NCBI GenBank assembly: GCA_039917665.1
Contig: JBDSJB010000104.1
Span: forward strand, 1-62,884
Reading direction: 5' to 3'
DNA from: Candidatus Binatia bacterium
GTDB taxonomy: Bacteria; Desulfobacterota; Binatia; UTPRO1
DNA length: 62,884 bases
Within the stretch, counting starts at the first letter, position 1, and every line of letters starts with the position of its first letter. Below the pieces are notes generated by a model. The model made no database searches. It had not been told where the DNA came from and saw nothing but the letters and a program-made list of their open reading frames with translations. The position numbers were made by a program, and so were the translations under genes. Positions 27,478-36,518 of the stretch are shown here, in pieces.

Positions 27478-27556
27478 ACGCTAGTGGCCTGTCGTTTGCT
27501 GTCCCTCACTTCGTCCAAGCGATGGGACGAACTCACGGGGTCGAAGGAGACGCGAC

Positions 27557-28030
27557 ATGATGGAGAGCCAGGCCGGCGAGCGAGCGACGCTCGACATGAT
27601 GACCGAATCGGAACCGCGTCGCATTCCTGTGCGCGACAGCCTGAGCGACCTGCTCGGCCCAGACGTGATCCTGCCGCAACAGTTCTTCGAGGGGCCCCGG
27701 TGCGACAGCGACTTCTCCCCGGAGAAGGCTCTCATGCTCGCCATCCTGGAGGATGCGATCCGCTGCTTCCAGGAGTACTTCCGAACTACACGCGCTCGGC
27801 CGCGCATGCTGTCCCGACAGGCGGAGCGCTGGATCCGCACGCGTGACTGGAACTGGCCCTTCTCGTTCAACAACGTCTGCGAAGCACTCGGCATCGATTC
27901 GGACTGTATGCGAGATGCCTTGCTCCGAATGAAGTACGAGCACTTGATGACGCAGGAGCGCCCGCGGACCTACACGCGCCCGGCGCGCATCGTTCGCCTG
28001 AATGCGCGGGCCAAAGGCGGGAAACGCTAA
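27557..28030 (+). CDS. small uncharacterised protein, paralog A of the 40003..40332 product
   Basis: AAGGAG lies 7 nt upstream of the ATG. Residues 56-125 align ungapped with residues 14-83 of the 40003..40332 protein (30/70 identical by hand). No family recognised. Confidence 0.7.
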   Translation: MMESQAGERATLDMMTESEPRRIPVRDSLSDLLGPDVILPQQFFEGPRCDSDFSPEKALMLAILEDAIRCFQEYFRTTRARPRMLSRQAERWIRTRDWNWPFSFNNVCEALGIDSDCMRDALLRMKYEHLMTQERPRTYTRPARIVRLNARAKGGKR

Positions 28031-28305
28031 CTCGGGTTAATCGTCTTCTTGAGAACCTGACTCGCCTTGAAGGTGAGTACTTTGCGACCGGTAATGATGA
28101 TCTCTTCGCCGGTTTGCGGATTGCGTCCCTTGCGGGGTCGCTTTTGATTCACGACGAAATTTCCGAAGCCTGAGATCTTCACCTTGTCGCCGTTTTCGAG
28201 GCGACTCTTGATCACCTCGAAGATCGACTCGACGACCTCGGAGGCTTCCTTCTTGGAGAACCCGACCTTCTCGTAGATGCGCTCGACGATGTCCGCCTTG
28301 GTCAT
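28027..28305 (-). CDS. ihfA: integration host factor alpha subunit
   Basis: MTKADIVERIYEKVGFSKKEA..ISGFGNFVVNQKRPRKGRNPQTGEEIIITGRKVLTFKAS. Conserved position after pheT. An alternative start, ATG 28344, overlaps the pheT stop. Confidence 0.8.
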   Translation of the reverse strand: MTKADIVERIYEKVGFSKKEASEVVESIFEVIKSRLENGDKVKISGFGNFVVNQKRPRKGRNPQTGEEIIITGRKVLTFKASQVLKKTINPS

Positions 28306-28340
28306 CGTTGCGCCCTTGATCACCGTAGGCGTGCCATCGT

Positions 28341-30749
28341 TCACCGCCGCACCTCCAAAGGTAGTTCCCGGACAAGTCGTGCGACCAGTTGCTCGTGCAT
28401 GGCGTTGACCTCGTCGTCCGTGAGCGTTCGGTTGGGAGCTCGATATGCGATTGTATAGGCGAGGCTCTTCTTCCCAGACGGAATGGGAGACCCGGTGTAC
28501 TGGTCGAACACTCTGACATCCTCCACCAAAGGCTCGGCAACCTCCTCGACCGCATCGATCACTCGCTGCGCCGGAAATTCGTCGTCGACAACGACCGCGA
28601 TGTCCCTGGAGACGGCCGGAAAGCGCGGAAGTGGGCGAAAAATAACGCGGCGTGGACAGTACTGAACGACCCTCATCAAGTCAAGTTCAGCCACCCAGGG
28701 CTCCGCGTCGAGGTGCCGCTCGGCGATTGCGTTGGGATGTAGTGCACCCACGTAGCCACACGCCACCCCCCCGATCTCGATGCGTGCCGACTTGCCGGGA
28801 TGAAGATAGCCGGCCTCGGTACCCACTCGCTCCCAACGGACGCGATCGAGGTGGAGTTCGGCAAACATCAACCCGAGGACACCCTTCAGGTCGGCGAAAT
28901 CCACGGCACGCCGCGCCTCCCCCATCGTCGTCGCGGGCGGGCTGCCAGCAACCAACAGTGCGAGGGTCTGCAACTCTTGGTACCGATCGTCCTCGCGCGC
29001 GAATACGCGGCCAATCGTGAACCCTGCGACGTGCTCGGCCCCCTGGCGTCGATTTTCGCTGAACGCTCGCAGCATCCCGGGGAGGAGGCTCCTCCGCAGC
29101 TCAGCGGCGTCCACCGACAGCGGGTTGGCGAGCGTCACGGCGCGGCCGGTGAGCTCAGGCAATCCAGGAAAATCACGGTTGTCCTCGGCGGAGACCATGG
29201 CCAGCGTGACCATCTCGTCGAATCCGCCGCTCCGCAGGCGCTCGCGCAGTCGTTGCTCGACGTCTCGCGTCGGCCCCATGCCCGGTCCACCAGCGACGAT
29301 CGAGGGAACCGTGGCGGGTACGCGATCGTAACCGATCAGGCGCGCAACCTCCTCGACGAGATCCACCTCGTTTTGAATGTCGAAACGATGCGACGGTGGG
29401 ACGACTCGCCACGACGCCGATCCCTTGCCCGACACGACCGCTCCGAGCGCTTTCAGGGGACGCTCCATCTCGGTTGCTTTAAAGGTCGTCCCGAGGAGCG
29501 CATTGACCCGAGCTGGCCGCAGCCGGATCGCTGGCCGCGCCCGCCGGCCGGGTGCCCGCTGCTCGAGAACTCCACGCGCGATCTCCCCACCCGAGTGCGC
29601 AACGACCAACTCAGTCACGCGGTCGAGCGCGGTTCTCGTTCCCCCAGGGTCGACACCGCGCTCGAATCGATAGGAGGATTCTGTGTTCACTCCTAATCGG
29701 CGAGCCGTACGGCGAACGGTTTCGGGGACGAAGAACGCGCTCTCGAGCAGAATGTCCACGGTTTCGGCTCGAATCTCCGAGTCGGCCCCCCCGATCACCC
29801 CGGCCAGCGCAACCGGCCCTTCCGCATCCGCGATCACCAAGTCGTCAGGCAACAGCTCTCGCGTGACACCGTCGAGGGTTTCGTAGCGCTGACGGTTTCC
29901 TGCTCGACGCGCCGTGATGCGAGCACCTCGGATGCGGGCGAGGTCGAATGCATGCAGTGGTTGGCCGCGCTCGAGCATGACGTAGTTGGTTGCATCGACC
30001 ACGTTGTTGATGGGCCGAAGCCCGACCATCCCGAGTCGGGTTTGCATCCACAGCGGCGATGGGGCGATGCGTAGACCACGCACGACGCGGCCGCAGTAGC
30101 GCGAACAGAGGTCGGGAGCCTGCACTTCGATGCTGACGATCCGCGCGGCGGCGGCCTTACCCTCGACGATCTTCACCGCTGGAACGCGAAGCGTCGCGCC
30201 CGTCAACGCAGCGACCTCACGTGCCACTCCCAGCACGCTCAGGCAATCGCCGCGGTTGGGCGTAACGGAGAGCTCGAGAATGGTGTCCTCCGCGGAAAGA
30301 TACGACACCAACGACACGCCGATCTCCGCGTCGCGCGGAAGGATCATGATCCCGCCGCCATCCTCGTCCGACAACGCCAACTCGCGTGCCGAGCACAACA
30401 TACCGTGCGACGACTGACCGCGGATCGTCGCCTGCTCGATGTGCTTGCCATCCGGAAGTACCGTTCCAGGCACAGCCAGCGCGACGAGGTCGCCCGCCTG
30501 CATGTTGCTGGCGCCACACACGACGGCGACGCTTTCGTGGGCGCGTTTCACCTGGCAGAGCCGCAAGCGATCGGCATTCGGGTGTGGTTGAACGCTCTCG
30601 ATTCTCGCGATCTCGACGCTGCCCCAACTCGGACGACGCTCGTCGACAGATTCGACCTCGAGCCCGGCCATCACCAACGTGTCGGCCAGCTCGTCGGGCG
30701 ACAGCACGACATCGACGAGCTCGCGCAGCCAATTCAGGGTGATCTTCAC
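28341..30749 (-). CDS. pheT: phenylalanine--tRNA ligase beta subunit
   Basis: 802 aa starting MKITLNWLRELV. tRNA-binding, B3/B4, B5 and FDX-ACB regions are recognisable. Follows pheS. Confidence 0.95.
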   Translation of the reverse strand: MKITLNWLRELVDVVLSPDELADTLVMAGLEVESVDERRPSWGSVEIARIESVQPHPNADRLRLCQVKRAHESVAVVCGASNMQAGDLVALAVPGTVLPDGKHIEQATIRGQSSHGMLCSARELALSDEDGGGIMILPRDAEIGVSLVSYLSAEDTILELSVTPNRGDCLSVLGVAREVAALTGATLRVPAVKIVEGKAAAARIVSIEVQAPDLCSRYCGRVVRGLRIAPSPLWMQTRLGMVGLRPINNVVDATNYVMLERGQPLHAFDLARIRGARITARRAGNRQRYETLDGVTRELLPDDLVIADAEGPVALAGVIGGADSEIRAETVDILLESAFFVPETVRRTARRLGVNTESSYRFERGVDPGGTRTALDRVTELVVAHSGGEIARGVLEQRAPGRRARPAIRLRPARVNALLGTTFKATEMERPLKALGAVVSGKGSASWRVVPPSHRFDIQNEVDLVEEVARLIGYDRVPATVPSIVAGGPGMGPTRDVEQRLRERLRSGGFDEMVTLAMVSAEDNRDFPGLPELTGRAVTLANPLSVDAAELRRSLLPGMLRAFSENRRQGAEHVAGFTIGRVFAREDDRYQELQTLALLVAGSPPATTMGEARRAVDFADLKGVLGLMFAELHLDRVRWERVGTEAGYLHPGKSARIEIGGVACGYVGALHPNAIAERHLDAEPWVAELDLMRVVQYCPRRVIFRPLPRFPAVSRDIAVVVDDEFPAQRVIDAVEEVAEPLVEDVRVFDQYTGSPIPSGKKSLAYTIAYRAPNRTLTDDEVNAMHEQLVARLVRELPLEVRR

Positions 30750-30762
30750 GCGCGAGCCCGGG

Positions 30763-31803
30763 TCAAAATTGACTCAGGAACCGCAGGTCGTTCTGGTAGA
30801 AGTGCCGAATGTCGGTAATGCCGTACTTGAGCATCGCCATGCGCTCGACGCCCATGCCGAAGGCGAATCCGGACACCTTCTCCGGATCGTAGCCGACCGC
30901 GCGGAATACCTCCGGATGAATCAATCCGGAGCCGAGGATCTCGAGCCAGCCGGTCGCTTTGCACACGCGACACGGATCACCAGTCGCGAGCTTGCGCGAA
31001 CCCCGACAGATGACGCAGCTGATGTCGACCTCGGCGCTCGGTTCGGTGAAGGGAAAGAAGCTCGGACGAAACCGCACCCGCGTATCGTCTCCGAACATGC
31101 GCTGCACGAAGAGACCCAGCACACCCTTCAGATCGCCGAACGTCACATGCCGATCTACGAGGAAGCCTTCCACTTGGTGGAACATCGCCGAGTTCTTCAC
31201 CGTCTCGACTTCGTGGCGATAGACCGGACCCGGCACGATCGCGGCGATGGGCGGCTCCTGATTCTCCATGACCCGGATCTGCACGGGCGACGTATGGGTG
31301 CGCAAGACGTGCGTATCGTCCACGAAGAACGTGTCGTGCATGTCACGCGCGGGGTGATCCGCTGGGATGTTGAGCGCCGTGAAATTGTGGTGCTCGTCCT
31401 CGATGTGTGGGCCTTCGTAGATCGAGAAGCCGAGGCTCACGAGGATGCCAAGCGCGTCATCCAGCACGGCGGTCAGCGGATGAACGTGACCGTGGGCGAA
31501 CACCCTTCCCGGCAACGAGACGTCCACACGTTCGCTCGCCAACGCTTGCACGCGGCGTTCCGACTCCCAGCGATCGCGCAGTGCGCCGATGTGCTCGTCG
31601 ACGCGACGCTTGAGCTGATTGACCAACTCCCCGACAGCCGGTCGTTCCTCCGCCGGCAGCACCCCGACCCCGCGCATCACCTCGGTCAACCGCCCCTTGC
31701 GCCCGAGATAGGCGATCCGAATACGCTCGAGATCGTCGTCGCTGCGACACGCGTCGAGCGCTTCGTCGATCTCAACACCGAGGGCGTCGAGCGTAGCCTT
31801 CAT
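30763..31803 (-). CDS. pheS: phenylalanine--tRNA ligase alpha subunit
   Basis: HPARDMHDTFF, class II motifs FRPSFFPFTEPSAEVD and GFAFGMGVERMAMLKYGI. Confidence 0.95.
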   Translation of the reverse strand: MKATLDALGVEIDEALDACRSDDDLERIRIAYLGRKGRLTEVMRGVGVLPAEERPAVGELVNQLKRRVDEHIGALRDRWESERRVQALASERVDVSLPGRVFAHGHVHPLTAVLDDALGILVSLGFSIYEGPHIEDEHHNFTALNIPADHPARDMHDTFFVDDTHVLRTHTSPVQIRVMENQEPPIAAIVPGPVYRHEVETVKNSAMFHQVEGFLVDRHVTFGDLKGVLGLFVQRMFGDDTRVRFRPSFFPFTEPSAEVDISCVICRGSRKLATGDPCRVCKATGWLEILGSGLIHPEVFRAVGYDPEKVSGFAFGMGVERMAMLKYGITDIRHFYQNDLRFLSQF

Positions 31804-31938
31804 GGATGACGGGAACGGAGCTGTAAGCGCCCCACGACATCGTCAGCAGGACGCAACGACACCCTCTCCATCATCGGCGACCCGATCGCCCGCGTCCTTT
31901 GACGCCCCGGCGCGCCACTGAATCGCAATCGCCGATGT

Positions 31939-32286
31939 TCAGGCGACGGCGAGCCGGGCCAGGTCGCCAAAAGCTGCGGGATCCCGCACCGCGATGTCGG
32001 CGAGCACCTTACGGTCGAGGTCGATGCCTGCCTTCTTCAAGGCCGACATCAGACGGCTGTACGTCACGCCGTGCGTGCGTGCAGCCGCGTTGATCCGCAC
32101 GATCCAGAGACCTCGGAAATCGCGCTTCCGGACCTTGCGATCGCGGTACGCGTAGGTGAGCCCCTTCTCGACGGTGGAACGAGCTTGCCGGTAGCCCTTA
32201 CGACGACCACCGACGTTGCCCTTGGCGAGCTTCAACAGCTTCTTGTGGCGCTGCCGACCCTTCGTGCCTCGTTTTGCGCGTGGCAT
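31939..32286 (-). CDS. rplT: 50S ribosomal protein L20
   Basis: [48 protein letters not shown]. Confidence 0.95.
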   Translation of the reverse strand: MPRAKRGTKGRQRHKKLLKLAKGNVGGRRKGYRQARSTVEKGLTYAYRDRKVRKRDFRGLWIVRINAAARTHGVTYSRLMSALKKAGIDLDRKVLADIAVRDPAAFGDLARLAVA

Positions 32287-32310
32287 TGATCTCTATTCCC
32301 TTCGCCCGCC

Positions 32311-32508
32311 CTACAGGTACGGGATCAGCTTGCGGATGTGCTCGTGATCGACCGCGGCCACGAGAGTCGAGCTGCGCAATTGGCGCTTCCGCTTACGGCC
32401 CTTGTGCGAAAGGATGTGGCGTCGGTACGCCTTGCCGCGCTTGATGCGGCCGCTTCCGGTCGTTTTGAAACGCTTCGCCGCCCCGCGGCACGTCTTGATC
32501 TTCGGCAT
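32311..32508 (-). CDS. rpmI: 50S ribosomal protein L35
   Basis: [33 protein letters not shown]. Confidence 0.93.
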   Translation of the reverse strand: MPKIKTCRGAAKRFKTTGSGRIKRGKAYRRHILSHKGRKRKRQLRSSTLVAAVDHEHIRKLIPYL

Positions 32509-32539
32509 CTCTACCCCTGGTCCCTCGAGGCCACCGCCG

Positions 32540-33055
32540 CTAGCGCGGTTGGAGCATCATGGACATGTTGCGGCCCTCGAGCCGCGGATTCAGTTCCATA
32601 TTGCTCAGATCCTTCACTTTTTCAAACACACCCAACAACTTGTCCCGTCCGATCTCCGGATGCGTGATCTCGCGGCCGCGGAAGAACACCGAAACCTTCA
32701 CACGCTGGCCGCGCTCGAGGAACTTGCGGATGTGCGCCACTTTGAAATCGATGTCGTGGCCATCGGTCCGGGAGCCCATCTTGACCTCTTTGACCGTGAC
32801 AAAGACCTGCTTCTTCTTGGATTCCTGAGTCTTTTTCTTCTTCTCGTACCGGAACTTGCCATAGTCCATGATGCGGCAGACCGGCGGCGTAGCGGTAGGA
32901 GCGATCTCGACGAGGTCGAGCTCTTTGGCCTCGGCCAGACGAAGCGCCTCGGGCGTCTCGAGCACACCGAGCTGCTCACCGTCTGCACCGATGACCCGGA
33001 TTTCACGAGCATGGATCTGGTAATTGATACGAGTTTGAGCCTCTTTGACGCTTAT
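32540..33055 (-). CDS. infC: translation initiation factor IF-3, non-canonical ATA start
   Basis: (M)[55 protein letters not shown] 33055 is preceded by GGAGG plus 6 nt and overlaps the thrS TAA. There is no canonical start before the conserved N-terminus. The 379-aa track ORF is an overlap artefact. Confidence 0.85.
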   Translation of the reverse strand: MSVKEAQTRINYQIHAREIRVIGADGEQLGVLETPEALRLAEAKELDLVEIAPTATPPVCRIMDYGKFRYEKKKKTQESKKKQVFVTVKEVKMGSRTDGHDIDFKVAHIRKFLERGQRVKVSVFFRGREITHPEIGRDKLLGVFEKVKDLSNMELNPRLEGRNMSMMLQPR

Positions 33056-34983
33056 GGGACACCTCCTGCCATGGGCACGCGTATCTCCCCCATGGCCTTC
33101 TCGATCAGCTCTGACACGGAAATGGCAGGGAGGTTTCCGGCCCCGCGCCGACGTGGCGCCAACGTGCTCGAAGCCACTTCCTTGTCGCCAATCACCAAGA
33201 CGTAGGGAATCTTCTGAAGCTCCGCTTCGCGAATCTTGAAGCCGAGTTTTTCTTTCCGCAAATCGGCTTCCGCGCGCAAGCCCGCGGCACGAAGATCCGC
33301 GAGGGCCTTTTCCGCGTAAGCATGGTGCTCTTCGGTGACCGTCACGAGCCGCATCTGAATGGGTGCGAGCCACAGCGGAAAGTCTCCGGCGCAATGCTCG
33401 ATGAGGATCGCCATGAAGCGCTCGATCGATCCGAGCAGAGCGCGGTGAATCATCACCGGGCGCTCTTCCTGACCTGACGAGTTCACGAAATGCAGGTCGA
33501 ATCGTTCCGGCAGCCCATAGTCGAGCTGTACGGTTCCGAGCTGCCATTCCCGCCGCATCGCATCGAGAATGCAGAAGTCGATCTTCGGGCCGTAGAAGGC
33601 CCCATCGCCACGATTGACCTCGTAAGAAATCCCGCGCGACTGCAGGACCTCGGTCAGATTCGCCTCGGCCCGCTCCCACATCGCGTCGTCGCCGATCGAC
33701 TTCTCGGGTCGCGTGCCGAGATACACACGGCGCTCTGCAAACCCGAACAAATCGTACGTACGAAACAACATCTCGACGACGCGGCCGACCTCGCCTGCGA
33801 TCTGATCCGGCGTGCAGAAGATGTGCGCGTCATCCTGCGAGAAGGATCGCACTCGCGTGAGGCCAGCCGTGACGCCGGAACGCTCGTAGCGGTGCAAGCG
33901 ACCGAAGTCAGCGAAGCGGATCGGCAGATCGCGATAGGAGCGCGTCGACATCCCGTAGAGCAGACAGTGGCTCGGGCAGTTCATCGGCTTCACCGCCATG
34001 GCCCGCTCGTCGGCCTCGGTGAAGAACATGTTCTCGCGGTAGTTGTCGTAGTGCCCTGATCGCTTCCAGAGCTCGACGTCCAACACCTGCGGCGTCAACA
34101 CTTCTTGATAGCCGAACTGGTCGTAGAGCCGCCGAATATAGGCAATGAGCTCGTTGTAGATGATCGCGCCCTTGGGGTGGAAAAACGGGCTTGCCGGCGC
34201 TTCCGGATGGAAGCTGAAGAGATTCAAGTCGCGGCCGAGGCGACGATGGTCGCGACGTTTCGCCTCCTCCAACATCGCGAGGTGAGCCTTCAACTCTTTC
34301 GGGGACGCGAAGGCAGTTCCGTAGATCCGCTGCAGCATCTCGTTGTGCTCGCTGCCGCGCCAGTACGCGCCGGCGACGCTCGTGAGCTTGAACGCCTTCA
34401 AGCGACCCGTCGACGGGACGTGCGGGCCCCGGCAGAGGTCGGTGAAATCCCCCTGCGTGTAGAGCGAGACACGCCCTTCGGGGATACCTTCGATGATCTC
34501 GACCTTGTAGTGCTCGCCGAGCTCGCGGAAGAACGCGACCGCCTCGCTCTTGTCGACCTCTCGGCGCGAGACCGGGAAGTTCGCGTCGGCGAGCTCACGC
34601 ATCAACGCTTCGATCTTCTCGAGATCTTCCGGCGTGAAAGGCCGGGCGCGCTTGAAGTCGTAATAGAAGCCCGTCTCGATGACCGGTCCGATCGTCACCT
34701 GCGTCTCCGGGAACAGACGCTTGACCGCGTGGGCCATCAGATGTGCCGTCGAATGCCGGATGACCTCGAGCCCTTCGCGAGAGTCCGCGAAGACCGGACG
34801 CACGACGGCGTCGCTCTCCAGCGTCCGAGTGAGGTCGACGACCTGATCGTCGACACTCGCGGCGATTGCCTCGCCAATACGACGTTCGCCGAGCGCTCGC
34901 AGCGCATCGGCTACCGTCGAGCCCTTGGGGACCTCGACGGGATCTCCGTCGGGCCGGGCCACGCGAACGCTACCCGCGTTCAT
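33052..34983 (-). CDS. thrS: threonine--tRNA ligase
   Basis: Start at ATG 34983 (MNAGSVRVARPDGDPVEV, TGS domain); 643 aa. Editing-domain HSTAHLMAHA, then class II core and anticodon-binding domain. Confidence 0.95.
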   Translation of the reverse strand: MNAGSVRVARPDGDPVEVPKGSTVADALRALGERRIGEAIAASVDDQVVDLTRTLESDAVVRPVFADSREGLEVIRHSTAHLMAHAVKRLFPETQVTIGPVIETGFYYDFKRARPFTPEDLEKIEALMRELADANFPVSRREVDKSEAVAFFRELGEHYKVEIIEGIPEGRVSLYTQGDFTDLCRGPHVPSTGRLKAFKLTSVAGAYWRGSEHNEMLQRIYGTAFASPKELKAHLAMLEEAKRRDHRRLGRDLNLFSFHPEAPASPFFHPKGAIIYNELIAYIRRLYDQFGYQEVLTPQVLDVELWKRSGHYDNYRENMFFTEADERAMAVKPMNCPSHCLLYGMSTRSYRDLPIRFADFGRLHRYERSGVTAGLTRVRSFSQDDAHIFCTPDQIAGEVGRVVEMLFRTYDLFGFAERRVYLGTRPEKSIGDDAMWERAEANLTEVLQSRGISYEVNRGDGAFYGPKIDFCILDAMRREWQLGTVQLDYGLPERFDLHFVNSSGQEERPVMIHRALLGSIERFMAILIEHCAGDFPLWLAPIQMRLVTVTEEHHAYAEKALADLRAAGLRAEADLRKEKLGFKIREAELQKIPYVLVIGDKEVASSTLAPRRRGAGNLPAISVSELIEKAMGEIRVPMAGGVP

Positions 34984-35006
34984 GCCGAGAGGCTGAGCAG
35001 ACGGCT

Positions 35007-35081
35007 TGGTAGGCACGGGCGGGATTGAACCGCCGGCCTCTTCCGTGTCAAGGAAGCGCTCTCCCACTGAGCTACGTGCCT
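35007..35081 (-). tRNA. tRNA-Val (anticodon GAC), CCA encoded
   Basis: The minus strand folds by hand as AGGCACG-TA-GCTC-AGTGGGA-GAGC-G-CTTCC-TTGACAC-GGAAG-AGGCC-GGCGG-TTCAATC-CCGCC-CGTGCCT-A-CCA. Confidence 0.9.
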
Positions 35082-35097
35082 GAGATTCGATAACAGA

Positions 35098-36441
35098 TTG
35101 TTTCGGCTATCAATCGATACCAGGAGTGTCAAGCTGCGGAACGCGTCGAATGGCATTTTTAGGGCCATACTGCTCGCTGTTCTCACGCTCGGCTCCACCG
35201 CCACGGCTACCGACATGAGCGCGTCGAGTACGGCGCGAGAGACCTTCTCGGTCACCTACGACGTCACGATCGATGCCGCGGATCCTGCCCACGCGCGGGT
35301 GCGGTGGGAGCTCTCCGGTATCGACGAAATCGAACGCGTCCGACTCAGATTCGACCCAGAGCGATTCGAAGGCTTCGCGGGCAGCGGAACACTCGAGCGT
35401 CGTCGCGGGGAGATCGTCTGGACGCCGAACGGTCCCTACGCGGAGCTGCGCTACGTCGTGAACGTCGAGCATCGCCGCGTGTCAGGCAAAGGATACGACA
35501 GCCATGCGGGCGACGGTTGGATCTTGTCGCGCACGAGCGGCTTCTTCCCGCGGAGCGCCGTCCTTTTTCGAAGAGAGGTCGAGGCGCATCCGGAATCGCG
35601 TGCCCGACTCGTCCTGCGACTACCGTCGGAGTGGACCTCGGCTACGGTCATGCGGTCCGAAAGCAACGCGCACTACCTCGTCGAGACGCCGCGGCAGCGT
35701 TTCGATCATCCCCGCGGCTGGCTCGCGTTTGGTCGCTTGAAGCGCACCGACGCCACGGTCGCCAACACCGCATTGAGCATCGTCCGTGTTCCCGGTGTCA
35801 CGAACCGGGTCGAGCCCGTCCTCGAGTTGATGCAGCAGGCCCTGCCGATGGTCGCTACGCTGTTCGATCACTCCCTGGCTCGCCTCCTCATCGTCATCGC
35901 CCCCGATCCGATGTGGCGTGGAGGCCTGAGCGGGGAGGAGTCCTTCTACATGCACGCGGACCGGCCCCTCCGATCGCCCGATTATACGAGTCCCTATCTC
36001 CACGAGCTCTTTCACGTCGCGGCGCCATTTCGACCTCAGGCCGATGCCCATTGGGTGACCGAGGGCCTCGCGGAGTACTACTCCGTCGAGCTGCAACGCC
36101 GGATGGGCACGCTTTCCGAAGGCCACTTCCAACGCGCCCTCGAGCTCTTCGCCGAGCACGGCGTCTGGAACCAGGACTTCACCCACACGTCGGAGCCCGC
36201 CCTTCGCAACAACAGCGCCCCCCTGGTCATGTACGTACTCGATCAACGAATCCGGGCAGCCACCGGCAATCAACGCGGACTCGATGCGGTCGTCTCGAGC
36301 CTCGCCCGAGATGGCGGTCCCGTCTCGACGGCGCACTTCCTCGGGACCATCCAGCGGGTCTCCGGCAAGAGCTTCGCGAGCTTCTTTCGGCGCCACGTCT
36401 ATCGGGGTGAGCAACCCGCGATTTCCTCCTGGGCCCGCTGA
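35098..36441 (+). CDS. secreted gluzincin metallopeptidase (M1/M61-like HExxH..E)
   Basis: YLHELFHVAAPFRPQADAHWVTEGLAEYY (HExxH plus a downstream Glu); signal-like IFRAILLAVLTLGSTATA. The start is uncertain: track TTG 35098 is only 16 nt from the tRNA-Val 5' end, while CTG 35134 has AGGAG 7 nt upstream. Confidence 0.7.
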   Translation: MFRLSIDTRSVKLRNASNGIFRAILLAVLTLGSTATATDMSASSTARETFSVTYDVTIDAADPAHARVRWELSGIDEIERVRLRFDPERFEGFAGSGTLERRRGEIVWTPNGPYAELRYVVNVEHRRVSGKGYDSHAGDGWILSRTSGFFPRSAVLFRREVEAHPESRARLVLRLPSEWTSATVMRSESNAHYLVETPRQRFDHPRGWLAFGRLKRTDATVANTALSIVRVPGVTNRVEPVLELMQQALPMVATLFDHSLARLLIVIAPDPMWRGGLSGEESFYMHADRPLRSPDYTSPYLHELFHVAAPFRPQADAHWVTEGLAEYYSVELQRRMGTLSEGHFQRALELFAEHGVWNQDFTHTSEPALRNNSAPLVMYVLDQRIRAATGNQRGLDAVVSSLARDGGPVSTAHFLGTIQRVSGKSFASFFRRHVYRGEQPAISSWAR

Positions 36442-36518
36442 AGCCCCGACGTGCCGACCCGGCGATCCTCCGTCGCGGGCCGACGAGCCCTGCTTACCGG
36501 CCCCACCTTCGGGCTGTT

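Noticed and set aside
27227-27556. Possible integrated element next to tRNA-Pro
   Set aside because: No integrase, no direct repeat of the tRNA 3' end and no compositional break are visible. The region is a plain 330-bp intergenic spacer.
32540-33679. 379-aa ORF upstream extension of infC
   Set aside because: The N-terminal 200 codons overlap the thrS 3' end out of frame and are Arg-rich. IF-3 homology starts at the ATA 33055 position.
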